A DNA stretch of 63,280 bases, the filler included, from Nemertoderma westbladi (lineage: Eukaryota > Animalia > Xenacoelomorpha), in the NCBI GenBank assembly GCA_032718475.1. It is 3 parts of 3 records of this genome, joined end to end, with 100 filler letters (N's around TTAATTAATTAA, not from the genome) between each part and the next. Parts side by side here need not be neighbours in the genome. Positions count along the whole stretch, not along the records: positions 28,362 to 52,893 come from JAUCBJ010002017.1; positions 52,994 to 63,280 come from JAUCBJ010001115.1; 1 more part is not named here. The stretch is one strand, 5' to 3'. The first letter of the stretch is position 1, and each line of letters starts with the position of its first letter. A program made the translations under genes and the position numbers. Below, piece after piece: positions 48,401-60,041 of this stretch. Under the pieces are notes generated by a model. That model was not told the origin of the DNA. It worked only from the letters and a program-made list of their open reading frames with translations, and made no database searches.

Positions 48401-48698
48401 ATGACTGGCGTTGGTCACGGCTGCAACAGATAACGTACATACAACGTTAACGCGTAACTAAAAAATACAGTCCTTGTCCTATCTGGCTGCTGTCTGACAG
48501 TTTATAAATAGAAGTTAAAAAAGTTACTGGTAAAGATGGAGGCCAAAACGGCTAAATAAAATGAATTTAAATATTCTTGAAAACAAAAAAGATAATTGGC
48601 CTAAATCAGCCACCGTAGTAAAGTAATGCTTAAAGGAAAACGTTAGCGAAAGGGTCGATTTAAAATAATAGTAAATTATTACTGTATTACTACTACTA

Positions 48699-49949
48699 CT
48701 AGGTCGAGCGAACTCGGACAGTGGAAATGAGATCCTTCCAGGCTTCCCGATTCTCCATAGTTGTCGCAATTTCGTTTCTCCCAAGTTCAGTATCCCTTTC
48801 AAGTTGATCTATATATGTTATGGCCGGTCGTCCACGACTACGCTTTCCATGAGTTGGTTGCCAGAGAAGTAGATCTGTTATGACCTCGTATTTAATTCGC
48901 AAGCAGTGCCCACTGAATCTTAATCTGCGTTCACGGAGGGTGGTTGATACAGGTGGTATTGTACCATAAAGCTCGGCGTTTGTCATGTGTTGTCTCCAGC
49001 TGATGTTTAGGGCTGCCCTTAGTAGTCTTGTGTAGCAACCATCAATTCGTTGTTCAAGTGATTTAGTCAGTGTCCAGGTCTCACCCCCGTATAAAAATAC
49101 ACTTTCCACGGTGGCTCGAAAAAACTTAGTCTTCAGGTGCCTGGAGAGATCTGATTTCCAGATGGTATCCATTTTTGATAGAGCTACCCAAGCCTTTGCT
49201 TTCCTAACTTCTATGTCCTTTTTGCTACTCTCTATCCATGATCCAAGGTACTGGAAGTCATCGACCTTCCTTAGTTGATTATTATCAATGGTTGTCAAGT
49301 TCCCATCAACATTAAAGGTCATGAATTCGGTCTGTGTAGCATTTATATGCAATCCAACCTCCTTAGCAGCCCTCTCCACTTCATTCAGTAGAAGCCATGC
49401 ATCTGCTAGCGTATTAGAGAGCAGGGCGATGTCATCCGCAAAGTCGGTGTCTGTGACTGTAGTTGCCGGATATCTACTACTTCTGCGTTCTTGATGTGAG
49501 AATCCCAGATCTTCACCCTTTGTGGCCGTCCTCATTGCGTAATCCAGCACAATTACAAATAGTAATGGTACTAATGTGTCACCTTGCAGTACGCCAGCCA
49601 GGATTGAGAAAAACTCAGTTTCACCATCTGGTGAGAGTACCTGCGCTTCTGTGTCACAATATAACAATCCAATGCCAGCAATAATTACTTCTGGTATTCC
49701 ATAAGCTCTTAGGATTTCAAGCATTTTACCTCTATGGATGGAGTCGAATGCCTTCTTGAAGTCCACAAAAGTCATGACTGCGGGGAGATTCTTTGACTTA
49801 ATTCCTTCAATCAGTCTCCGTAGTGCAAGTATCTGAGCTATTGTTGATCTACTTGGTCGAAATCCGTTTTGGCTCTTACGCAGTAGTTTCTCTATGTGAG
49901 GGCTAATCCTATATAGAATCATTTTATTGTATATTTTGGCAGCTACCAC
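48699..49949 (-). CDS. Intact RT-domain segment of the RTE family 2 ORF
   Basis: 416-aa open frame with the RT motifs listed above. Confidence 0.85.
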   Translation of the reverse strand: MVAAKIYNKMILYRISPHIEKLLRKSQNGFRPSRSTIAQILALRRLIEGIKSKNLPAVMTFVDFKKAFDSIHRGKMLEILRAYGIPEVIIAGIGLLYCDTEAQVLSPDGETEFFSILAGVLQGDTLVPLLFVIVLDYAMRTATKGEDLGFSHQERRSSRYPATTVTDTDFADDIALLSNTLADAWLLLNEVERAAKEVGLHINATQTEFMTFNVDGNLTTIDNNQLRKVDDFQYLGSWIESSKKDIEVRKAKAWVALSKMDTIWKSDLSRHLKTKFFRATVESVFLYGGETWTLTKSLEQRIDGCYTRLLRAALNISWRQHMTNAELYGTIPPVSTTLRERRLRFSGHCLRIKYEVITDLLLWQPTHGKRSRGRPAITYIDQLERDTELGRNEIATTMENREAWKDLISTVRVRST

Positions 49950-50628
49950 AAGCAGACAGATCCCACGTTAGTTTATTGGTATGCCGAGGTCTCCTTTCTT
50001 GGGGAGAGGCTTTAGTTGGCCTTTAGTCCAAATTGGTGGTGGCTTTTCCCCTTTTAACATCCGGTTGCAAACATTTAATAATGGTCTGTTTACTGTAGTA
50101 CTCCTGTTTTCCATACCTCCACTGGGATTTCATCTTATCCACTCGCTTTATTATTGGACGGTCATGCTTTTAATGCTTCTTTGGAGTTCGGCAGGTGTGA
50201 AGTCCCCTGTTTCTATAGGTAGTGTCTTGTCATATATTTTCCTTGTAGGGCTGACCTCGATGTTAGGTGGCTGCCCAAGCAAGTTGCTGAAGCGATTTTT
50301 CCACTTCCCAACACGTTCTTCAGGACTATCGGCTTTGAGGCGCCCCTTTGCACAACTTTTCCGACCAGATATCTCATTTACAGTTTGCCAGGTAAATCTT
50401 GATTGTTGCTGTATGTGAGCAGTTGTAATTGCTTCAGTTTTATCCTGTATGTATACTTTTCCTGGCTGATGTTGTAGGCCAATTTAAGACCGTCCTTAGC
50501 TTTCTCAACCTTGTTAATGTTTTCAGTTGTTGGTTGTTCGGTTTATGTAGGCTATCTTAAGATCTTCTCTTTACAAGTAACCTCAGAGTTTTGCCATGGC
50601 ACATACTGTTTTCGTTTGGGTTTCTGGG

Positions 50629-51193
50629 CCAGACTGGAATCCATACACTTTGCGCCGGATTAATCCGGCGCACTTTGCAATAAAAGCGCGCCAATGTGGC
50701 GCGTGGCGCGCTCAAAAATCGTAAAGCGCGCCGGCTTTCAGCTTTGGCGCTCCCAAAAATAAAAACCAGCGCCGATTTGTTAGTTTACAGGTTTAACAAT
50801 TATGGAAGTGCCTTAAAAATAGCATTAGCTGTTAAAAAATTTCGGCTCGCTTCGCTCGCCTTTCTTTTTCTGTTGTATGGTTCAGTGCGGTTAGGCTACT
50901 GTTGTATACAGATATAGGGCAGTAGGGACTGGTACAGCAGTACTGACTGTCATTGACAGATTGGTTACACTCCCTCAAAATTGAATTTGCACTGGCGTGG
51001 CGCTCTTCAAAATTGTTTCAATGTGTGGCGCGCTTAAAAATTTAGTTGGCGCGGGGTTTCTTCGAAATTGCATCGGCATGCTTAAAAATTTAGTTGGCAC
51101 GGGGTTTTTCTTCGAAATGGCATTGGCGCGCGGCGCGCATAAAAATTGGTCGGCGTTCTATCCGGCGCACTTTTTGGATGGATTCCATACAGG
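50629..51193. mobile_element. MITE with 8-bp TSD (hAT-like) inserted in the RTE
   Basis: TSD TTTCTGGG at 50621-50628 and 51194-51201, confirmed against the uninterrupted RTE copy at about 60315-60340; imperfect TIR CCAGACTGGAATCCAT / ATGGATTCCATACAGG; GGCGCG subterminal repeats. Confidence 0.85.
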
Positions 51194-52184
51194 TTTCTGG
51201 GGGATATGCCTCTTAGCTGATTCCTTGTGGGCTGTTATTATATTCTGGTATATTGAATCGGTGGATTGGTCTTCATCCATTGACTGAAGTGCTTCAAAGC
51301 GGTTTTGAACTTCTACTGTATAAGCATCCTTTTACAGCATTGTCAGTTCTGAGTTTCTCCCAGTCATAGTTGATTTGCTTGCTTGTCCTGGGTTTGCTGG
51401 CTCTCAAACTGAGTCTGATCTCTGCAGTCACAATTCTGTGGTCCGAACCAATTAGGTTGAACGAGCTGTATATGCCTCGCATTTGACCATGCTGTTTCTC
51501 CACTTTTTGTTTATAAGGATGTAATCCAGTTGTGCTTTGGTTCCATTAGGGTATTGAAAGGTCCATAGCTTCCCCTTACTCTTTTCGAATGTGTTCTTTG
51601 TTGGTATCAATCACATTCTTCCATTAGGTCTAAAAGTAAGTACCCATTTCTGTTAGAACTGGTGTTATAGGTATAACCCTTGATGTCTTCTGGGTCAATT
51701 TGCGGATTCAGGTCACCAGCAATGACTTTAACATTGTCTGATTGTGTCTCGGAATGTCCTTTATAAGTCCAGTCAGTTCTTCATAAAACTTGACTGCTTG
51801 TTCTGGCTCTGAGGCATTGGTTGGTCTGTAGCAACATATTTTATGTAGGCCTATTACAATTAACATTTAATTTACTTTTCAATTAGATTTATCTGAAATC
51901 ATTCACAAGTTCAGTAGTTACAAGGCTAGGAAATTGCTTTTATAAACTGATAAAGTAATTGTTGTGTCTAATTCATTGATATACCATAATACAGTATAGT
52001 CGTTCCTAAGTATATAATTGATGTCTTTTGGATGGTGTAATTTTAGGAAAAAAATATTATTATTTAAATAATAATGCACTATTATTCGATAAAAAAAAAG
52101 TAAGCGGAAATCTACGCTTTTTTCACTGATTTACAATTTCAATTCAATTTCAATTTTCTTACCACTGTGCCTCAAATGAGATAT

Positions 52185-52380
52185 TACCAGTACACTCCTT
52201 CAAAACTGTTTCTGTTTCTAAAACTGGGCGGCGGCGCGGCGCCCTTCAAAACTGTTTCAACAGTTCAATGTTCGGCGCGCTTAAAAATTTCATTTCTTTC
52301 GAAAATGCGTCGGCGCGCGGCGCATATAAAAATTGGTCGGCGCGCCATCCGGCGCACTTTTTGGATGGATTCCATACGGG
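52185..52380. mobile_element. Second, partial copy (right end) of the same MITE family
   Basis: ATCCGGCGCACTTTTTGGATGGATTCCATAC is identical to 51160-51190. Confidence 0.75.
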
Positions 52381-52547
52381 GACGGACCGCTACTAACTGT
52401 GCTGTCTTTTCTTACAATCTTATATTAAAATTAATATTTATCTGTCGGTTCCGGAACTACCCTGCTACCGGTACTGACTGACTAAGGACTAACAGACTAG
52501 GCCTAACCGATAAACGCTACCGTACCGACTGACCGTGCCGCTGTAAC

Positions 52548-52670
52548 AGGAAAATATGCCCCCCCGGGAAATGTGCCCGGGGGGGCATATTTTCCTAGGA
52601 AAAAATGCCCCCCCGGGCAAATTTCCCTAGGAAAAAAATGCCCCCCCTTAGGAAATTATGCCCCCCCTGA
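52548..52670. repeat. Short direct/inverted repeat cluster (AGGAAAATATGCCCCCC), probably a transposon end
   Basis: AGGAAAATATGCCCCCC / GGGGGGCATATTTTCCT plus further direct copies. Confidence 0.6.
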
Positions 52671-52719
52671 ATTATACAATAAACAAAACTTATTACTACT
52701 AAAACTTACAAAAATTATA

Positions 52720-52893
52720 CAAAACAATAAACAGTCACTTTACCAAATGAAGGAAAGGAGCAGGTTACAGAGGCAGGCCTTTCTAACCAAAACAATAAAC
52801 GATCATTTAACTAATTGAGGGAAAGGAGCAGGTTACAGAGGCGGGATTTTCTAACCAAAACAATAAACAGTCACTTTAGCAAATCAGGGAAAG
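52720..52893. repeat. 68-bp satellite running into the contig end
   Basis: Same unit as 37851-38418. Confidence 0.9.
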
Positions 52894-52993
52894 NNNNNNN
52901 NNNNNNNNNNNNNNNNNNNNNNNNNNNNNNNNNNNNNTTAATTAATTAANNNNNNNNNNNNNNNNNNNNNNNNNNNNNNNNNNNNNNNNNNNN
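52894..52993. other. Artificial contig spacer N44-TTAATTAATTAA-N44
   Basis: Identical structure to 28262-28361. Confidence 0.97.
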
Positions 52994-53330
52994 AAATACA
53001 ATCCATGGCATGGCTGAAATAGTTCTTCTGAAATAGTTTATTCCACAATGTATATGTCTGGTTATTTTTTAATTGAATTTTTGCAAAGTAGTAAAATTAA
53101 TGTTCTTAAAAATAATATTATTATTTTATATGTAACCTAGGAAATTAGCTACATTTTTTCGCTGCAGCTTTAAGAGTGTACATTGATTTAATATTATTTC
53201 AATACCCATATTACTACATCGGCATAAGATGCGTTGGCGTTGTATCACACATCTCCACATATCACACATCTCCACATAGATGTATCAACAGTTACTCGCA
53301 CAGTTTCGAAACTTCGCATAGTTATAACTG

Positions 53331-53621
53331 TATAAAGATCGTCAGTCTGCGTTTAGGAAAAATATTTTATGACAAAACAGGACAAGCGACGAGCGCAACG
53401 AGGCATATAAAGAAGACGGGAACTGCGTTGACTATATTATTATATAAACCACCTGGCTTCACATATTGATCGGATCCCTAGTTATTATTATTATAAAGAT
53501 CGTCCTAGCCTGCGTTTAAGAAATATATTTAAATACAAAACAGGACGAACGCAAAGAGGCTTATAATGAAAACGAGTACTGCGTTTATTATATTCCTATA
53601 AACCACCTGGCTTTGCATATT
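53331..53621. repeat. Diverged tandem duplication (about 135-bp arms)
   Basis: TATAAAGATCGTC...TGCGTTTA...ACAAAACAGGAC...TATAAACCACCTGGCTT occurs twice. Confidence 0.7.
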
Positions 53622-53724
53622 TAAAGTGCGATTGGAAATAAGTTCGTGCTACCCTTCCGTGGGTGGTAGATGTCGCGGTTATGTATTGGTGGTTGGGAAG
53701 GGTGGGGGGGGGGGGGGGGGATTA

Positions 53725-53872
53725 AAAGGGGTGAACACGTACTGTCCCCCTTTCTTTGATTGATTGGTGGTGTGGGTAAATTTCTCAAAACCTGATTTTG
53801 TGATACAGTCGCTCAATTTTGATTTGTATCTAATAACTGGGCCTCGTGCTGCGCGAAGGCCCCACGAACGTG
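53725..53872 (+). repeat. Dispersed repeat; inverted copy at about 63145-63280
   Basis: GGTGAACACGTACTGTCC...AAAACCTGATTTTGTGATACAGTCGCTCAATTTT...ACTGGGCCTCGT is present on opposite strands. Confidence 0.8.
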
Positions 53873-54359
53873 TGGTTACTTACATTCGCATTCCCATTGA
53901 AGAGCAACTGGCTGTTCTACACACACCAAACATCCTTCCCATCTTATGTACCAGCACCGAGCCAACTTGGATGTTAACCAATAAATGAGCAGTATTTAAT
54001 GAGAATCAATTTTTTATACCGTTTTAATTACTTTAGATCAATTAAAGACACAATTATTAAAGCAAATCACTTCAACTAATTAAAAACTATAATAGAATGG
54101 AGTATGTGGATTACATCTGTATAATTTTTAAGTATAATTATTTAAATCTTATACTGTAAAACAATTAATTTCCTTTAAAAGGCAGGTTGAAAATGGTGTT
54201 TTCACCGTAATCAACTTAATTAACTAATTAACTGCTATTATCTTAGCTTCTCGAAGGCCACACGGAAATTCTACTTGGAAAATTTCTAAACTTTTGCCAA
54301 ACAACATGTGTACCAAGTTTGGATAGATTTCATCAAAGATTGGCCGACCCTGAGGCTCG

Positions 54360-55770
54360 CCCCACAGTTCCTTAAGAAGTGAGAGTTCCCAGAGTTTTGC
54401 CAGAGTTAGTGTAATGCTGATGTTCCTATATGATGTTTCTTCAGGTATTAAGGTTGGAACTTTCTGTGGTTTTTGTATTGGAGTAATTACGCTAACAGAC
54501 AATATTTGTGGACAAGATTCATCTTTTATTATATTGTTAAATAAGTCGGCAATTGTAAAATTTAGGGTGGGTGAGATCGCATACCGAAAGCATTCTGCAT
54601 TCTGGTTAAAAATATCTTCTGATTTTCCTATGTTTAATTTCATAATAAGGTCATTGATATCAGATGGCTCTATAACTGTGCATCTTCCCCTCTCAGGTTG
54701 CTCTATATTTGATCTAAATCTCCTATCTATTGATGGGTGATCATTCCTACTCTCATTGGTGAAGTGTTGTTTTATATTTTGATGAATTTCTTTCATATGT
54801 TTGTCAGAATACGACCGCCTCTTTCTAGTTCGAATTTTCCTCCAAAATGCCTTTGGATTATGCCTATTTGTGCTTATCAACGTTCGTAAGTATTCCATGT
54901 AAGAGTCTGCATTGCTCGTAGTTTTCTTTTTTGAGTTGTGCTTTATAAAAGAGTATGGGATATTATTCACTGCTGCTTCATGTATTGTTCTAATTATCAG
55001 TTCGGCTTTGGTATCAGCACAATTAGCAGTAGTATTACTTAAAACGGTTTCAATCTGACATTTATATGAGGTCAGCTGATCACTGGTGGCACGTTTGAAG
55101 TGAAATTTAATGTTTTTCATCTTTGATTTTGGATACCTTTCATCATCCTCTCCATATTCTCCCAGCAACAGAACGGAATGCACTGGTTGATGATCAGACA
55201 AATTTTCTTGAACACGCTCTTCAACATTGGCTTCTGAGAGAGCTGGTATCAGGTGCAGGGGCATTAAGACATGATCTATGTAGCTTTTGTTCAAGCCTAC
55301 ACGGAAGGTGTGCAGGTCGCCATGCCCTATCTCCGTCATATCAGCAGCTATCAGGTTATAAGGTTCAGAGAGCGTTTCACGGAAAATATTGGAGCGTTGA
55401 AATCTTTTGTTTGACATACTTCCTGGTGGCATTCTGGGATGAATGCCCCTATCTCCAAGAAAAATATGATTTAGGTCGCCTGCAAGAAGTGGGGTTATAT
55501 TGTCATTTAAACATTCTTCGAACACAGATGCAATGATATTTGCCTCCGATTTGAATTTGAAGTTGTCATCTGGATTGCCACAATCAGCTGGCATGTATGT
55601 GTTGAAAATAGCTAGATTTATGTTATGAAATCCTTTGAGGAAAATACCACACAGCCTATCAGACTGACATTGAAGTGGTTTGGAGAATGGTAATAAGTGA
55701 TTTTTTACGAAGATTGCAGTTCCACCTTCTCCACGCACCCGTCGTTTTAGCTTCTTCATCTCATCAGAAA
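54360..55770 (-). mobile_element. Non-LTR retrotransposon fragment (APE endonuclease + start of RT; RTE/RTEX-like), truncated at both ends
   Basis: GEGGTAIFV, NTYMP, LLAGDLN, SYIDHV, LSDHQPV; ITPIQK...SYRNISITLTLAKLWE. Confidence 0.85.
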
Positions 55771-55819
55771 CAGTAAATGTTATACATGAAACATATAACA
55801 TGAAACATGAAACACATAT

Positions 55820-57182
55820 ACATTACTCCTGCAACAGTACATTACTCCTGCAACAGTACATTACTCATGTAACAGTACATTACTCCTGTAACAGTACATT
55901 ACTCCTGTAACAGTACATTACTCATGTAACAGTACATTACTCCTGTAACAGTACATTACTCCTGTAACAGTACAGTACTCCTGCAACAGTACATTACTCC
56001 TGTAACAGTACATTACTCCTGTAACAGTACATTACTCCTGTAACAGTACATTACTCCTGTAACAGTACATTACTCCTGTAACAGTACATTACTCCTGTAA
56101 CAGTACATTACTCCTGTAACAGTACATTACTCATGTAACAGTACATTACTCATGTAACAGTACATTACTCATGTAACAGTACATTACTCCTGTAACAGTA
56201 CATTACTCCTGTAACAGTACATTACTCCTGCAACAGTACATTACTCATGTAACAGTACATTACTCCTGTAACAGTACATTACTCCTGCAACAGTAAATTA
56301 CTCCTGTAACAGTACATTACTCCTGTAACAGTACATTACTCCTGTAACAGTACATTACTCCTGTAACAGTACATTACTCCTGTAACAGTACATTACTCCT
56401 GTAACAGTACATTACTCATGTAACAGTACAATTACTCCTGTAACAGTACATTACTCCTGCAACAGTACATTACTCCTGCAACAGTACATTACTCATGTAA
56501 CAGTACATTACTCCTGTAACAGTACATTACTCCTGTAACAGTACATTACTCCTGTAACAGTACATTACTCATGTAACAGTACATTACTCATGTAACAGTA
56601 CATTACTCCTGTAACAGTACATTACTCCTGTAACAGTACATTACTCCTGTAACAGTACATTACTCCTGTAACAGTACATTACTCATGTAACAGTACATTA
56701 CTCCTGCAACAGTACATTACTCCTGCAACAGTACATTACTCATGTAACAGTACATTACTCCTGTAACAGTACATTACTCCTGTAACAGTACATTACTCCT
56801 GTAACAGTACATTACTCATGTAACAGTACATTACTCCTGTAACAGTACATTACTCCTGTAACAGTACATTACTCATGTAACAGTACATTACTCATGTAAC
56901 AGTACATTACTCCTGTAACAGTACATTACTCCTGTAACAGTACATTACTCCTGTAACAGTACATTACTCCTGTAACAGTACATTACTCATGTAACAGTAC
57001 ATTACTCCTGCAACAGTACATTACTCCTGCAACAGTACATTACTCATGTAACAGTACATTACTCCTGTAACAGTACATTACTCCTGTAACAGTACATTAC
57101 TCCTGTAACAGTACATTACTCATGTAACAGTACATTACTCCTGCAACAGTACATTACTCCTGTAACAGTACACAGTACTCCT
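55820..57182. repeat. 19-bp tandem repeat (AACAGTACATTACTCCTGT)n
   Basis: Directly visible; variants CTCATGT and CCTGC. Confidence 0.97.
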
Positions 57183-57183
57183 A

Positions 57184-57385
57184 CTACGGTGGTGGGGCAA
57201 CATCCACATTCGCATGCACAATGACTATTTCTGCAACTGAATTTGTGCAGCGAATGGGTCGTCTAGCAGCTGACCGGTGTCCACGGAGACACATGAGGGC
57301 CGAGCGCAACAACGCGAAGTTCAACTTTCGCCGAACCCATGTGATGCACTCCGCATACCGCGTTTCTCGCTTCTCCGCCAGGCCA
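57184..57385 (-). mobile_element. C-terminal fragment of a CRE-like (restriction-like endonuclease) non-LTR retrotransposon
   Basis: LAEKRETRYAECITWVRRKLNFALLRSALMCLRGHRS resembles the conserved C-terminus of animal CRE ORFs; GC-rich relative to flanks. Confidence 0.65.
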
Positions 57386-58589
57386 GGACTACCTGTACTG
57401 GAGTTATTGTCCTTTCTATCTCTATGAGAGATGGGTGTGTTAAACATACCATGCTTTGCTTATTGATACGTGAAATTATGTTATTACATTTGCAAGGTCA
57501 TTAATTCATATTTATGAATTTTTAAAGACCCCCCCCCCCCCCCTATCTGGTCCATCAATATAATGTTATAGATGCACTTGCGCGCCTAGGTCACCGTTGG
57601 GAACATATCAAAGGGAGCAGGTTGGCAATATAGTATTTCAATTATTATGTAATTATACATTATTATAATTTTTTTTATTATTTTTTTAATAATTTTTTAA
57701 CAACAATAATTTTCGGGAATATCACATCACACGCTTACAATTAAAATTTACAGGGTCTGTGTAAAAACCTCCGGGCCAGAGTGGCCCCAAAAGCATACTG
57801 TAGACCTTAACAGCGACAAACTAATCCATTTCATATTTGCAACACCAAGAAAAATTTTTTTTTTAGTTTCTTAACGAGCCTAAAAGATTTTCCCCTTCAA
57901 TATTCGTATTTGTAGTTGTCATTGTAGAGCACTTAACCCAATGAATACGTTATTATAACAATGCACATACAGTACACCGGATGTAAGTAGATTCCTCTCT
58001 TATTGTCCCAAACTATTAAATATAACTAATATTTATAGACCCATTTTGCTACGAAAAATCCACAATTACTTCTTAATAAAATATTTTTATTATATAGCAG
58101 CAATAACAATACGAGTAATGCCAAATACAACCCGAAATGTCAATCAATTGAACCCTTAAAATCCGGTAAGTAGTATTTATTTGCTTTTGTTACATAGAAT
58201 TACAACAAAAATGACTTTCTACAACTCACTTCACATTCGCTTGACTTTGTATTTCCTTTGTTCTACAGAACTTCACATAAACCTACTAAATCCTAAATGA
58301 GACTCGAAACACATTTATCCTTGGTTGCCAAATAACCATTATCCATCCATTGAATCCAACTAATGGGTGTATAAGATCTATTGTTACTGAGTGTAGAACC
58401 ACGTATAAGGGGTTTAATCATGTTTATAATTGAATATACGTTGGTTTATATACACCACATATTCACATATTGTGTAGAATATATTCATATTAATTTAATC
58501 TTGTTTATAATAATATGTAATTTATAATGATTTATTGAAATAATATTTACAATTTGCACTCAAATAATTAAAACTTTGTGTTTTTATTG

Positions 58590-59221
58590 AATGTTCCATT
58601 CCTTACCAAATGTTCCATTCCTTACCAAATGTTCCATTCCTTACCAAATGTTCCATTCCTTACCAAATGTTCCATTCCTTACCAAATGTTCCATTCCTTA
58701 GCAAATGTTCCATTCCTTACCAAATGTACCATTCCTTACCAAATGTTCCATTCCTTACCAAATGTTCCATTCCTTACCAAATGTTCCATTCCTTACCAAA
58801 TGTTCCATTCCTTACCAAATGTTCCATTCCTTACCAAATGTTCCATTCCTTACCAAATGTTCCATTCCTTACCAAATGTTCCATTCCTTACCAAATGTTC
58901 CATTCCTTACCAAATGTTCCATTCCTTAGCAAATGTTCCATTCCTTACCAAATGTTCCATTCCTTACCAAATGTTCCATTCCTTACCAAATGTTCCATTC
59001 CTTAGCAAATGTTCCATTCCTTACCAAATGTTCCATTCCTTACCAAATGTTCCATTCCTTACCAAATGTTCCATTCCTTACCAAATGTTCCATTCCTTAC
59101 CAAATGTTCCATTCCTTAGCAAATGTTCCATTCCTTACCAAATGTTCCATTCCTTACCAAATGTTCCATTCCTTACCAAATGTTCCATTCCTTACCAAAT
59201 ATTCCATTCCTTACCAAATGT
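58590..59221. repeat. 19-bp tandem repeat (AAATGTTCCATTCCTTACC)n
   Basis: Directly visible; gives 19-aa-period spurious ORFs. Confidence 0.97.
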
Positions 59222-59410
59222 AAGGCCTTACTTAACTAATTCTAGATGAGCGAAATTTTTTGATTTGTAAAATTTATCAGATTAAATATTGACATTGTCT
59301 TTATAATGGATAATTAATTAATAGTAGAAAAAATCACCAGATTAATCAATGGATGTTGTTATATCTAATATCTAATAATACAACCCGCGGCGTTTAAATA
59401 TCTCGCAATA

Positions 59411-59435
59411 ATGTTTATTACTATTAAATACGGAA
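59411..59435 (+). CDS. Exon 1 of a CXorf65/C22orf15-like gene
   Basis: MFITIKYG plus A|GTAAGT phase-1 donor; resembles the family N-terminus (MFIxxKxG). Confidence 0.72.
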
Positions 59436-60041
59436 GTAAGTATTTTATCATTTTAGAATTAGGTTTGAGAGGAAATATATTCATAAAATAAATTAACAGT
59501 TACTACTTGTAATAGAGGTGAGAACATCTCCTAAGTTATGGTCACCATTATTATAAATAAATTGAAACATATACCAGATTTCAGTTTTGTTTAATTCACT
59601 CTGCTTGTATAATTTTATATACTATAACTGACTTGTGTATGTAATTATTTTATGCATTTTGTGAAATATGAAACGAAAACGCGCCGTGTAATTATATTGA
59701 AATTAAATAGCAGAGAAGTTATTGTTGCAGGTTTATGGTGTCGCAATCCCAACCAGTAGTAATTTGCTGTGCAATGAGTTTATCTTCAATCATTAACATT
59801 TCCTTAAACATTTGCGTGTTCAGTATTCGTTTTATCTCCTGACCTTGACTCTTGAGAATATCTCCAATTCCGAGGTAGAAAATGTGCCATTCTCATGAGA
59901 GAGAGTGGCGAGCTTATGGTAATACTCATTGACTAAAACTGGCTTTGCAGAAGAAGATCAAACGTAGTAAATTTAATGCAGCAAGCACCAGAAGTGTTAA
60001 TTAAAATAAAAGTATTATATTAATACTATAACTATTATTAA

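Larger units (their letters stand above)
48688..51840 (-). mobile_element. RTE-clade LINE (family 2), APE + RT, partly decayed, interrupted by a MITE
   Basis: QLDYIL, GSDHRIV; QNGFRPSRST, FVDFKKAFDS, GVLQGDTL, DFADDIAL, FQYLGS, RLRFSGH; ORF stop is the first unit of the (TAG)n tail. Confidence 0.93.

Noticed and set aside
54224-54360. C-terminal part of the 525-aa LINE ORF
   Set aside because: Read-through into an unrelated dispersed repeat also present at about 18240-18310
58578-59249. 223-aa MFHSLPNVPFLTKCSIPYQ repeat ORF
   Set aside because: Three-frame cycling of a 19-bp satellite
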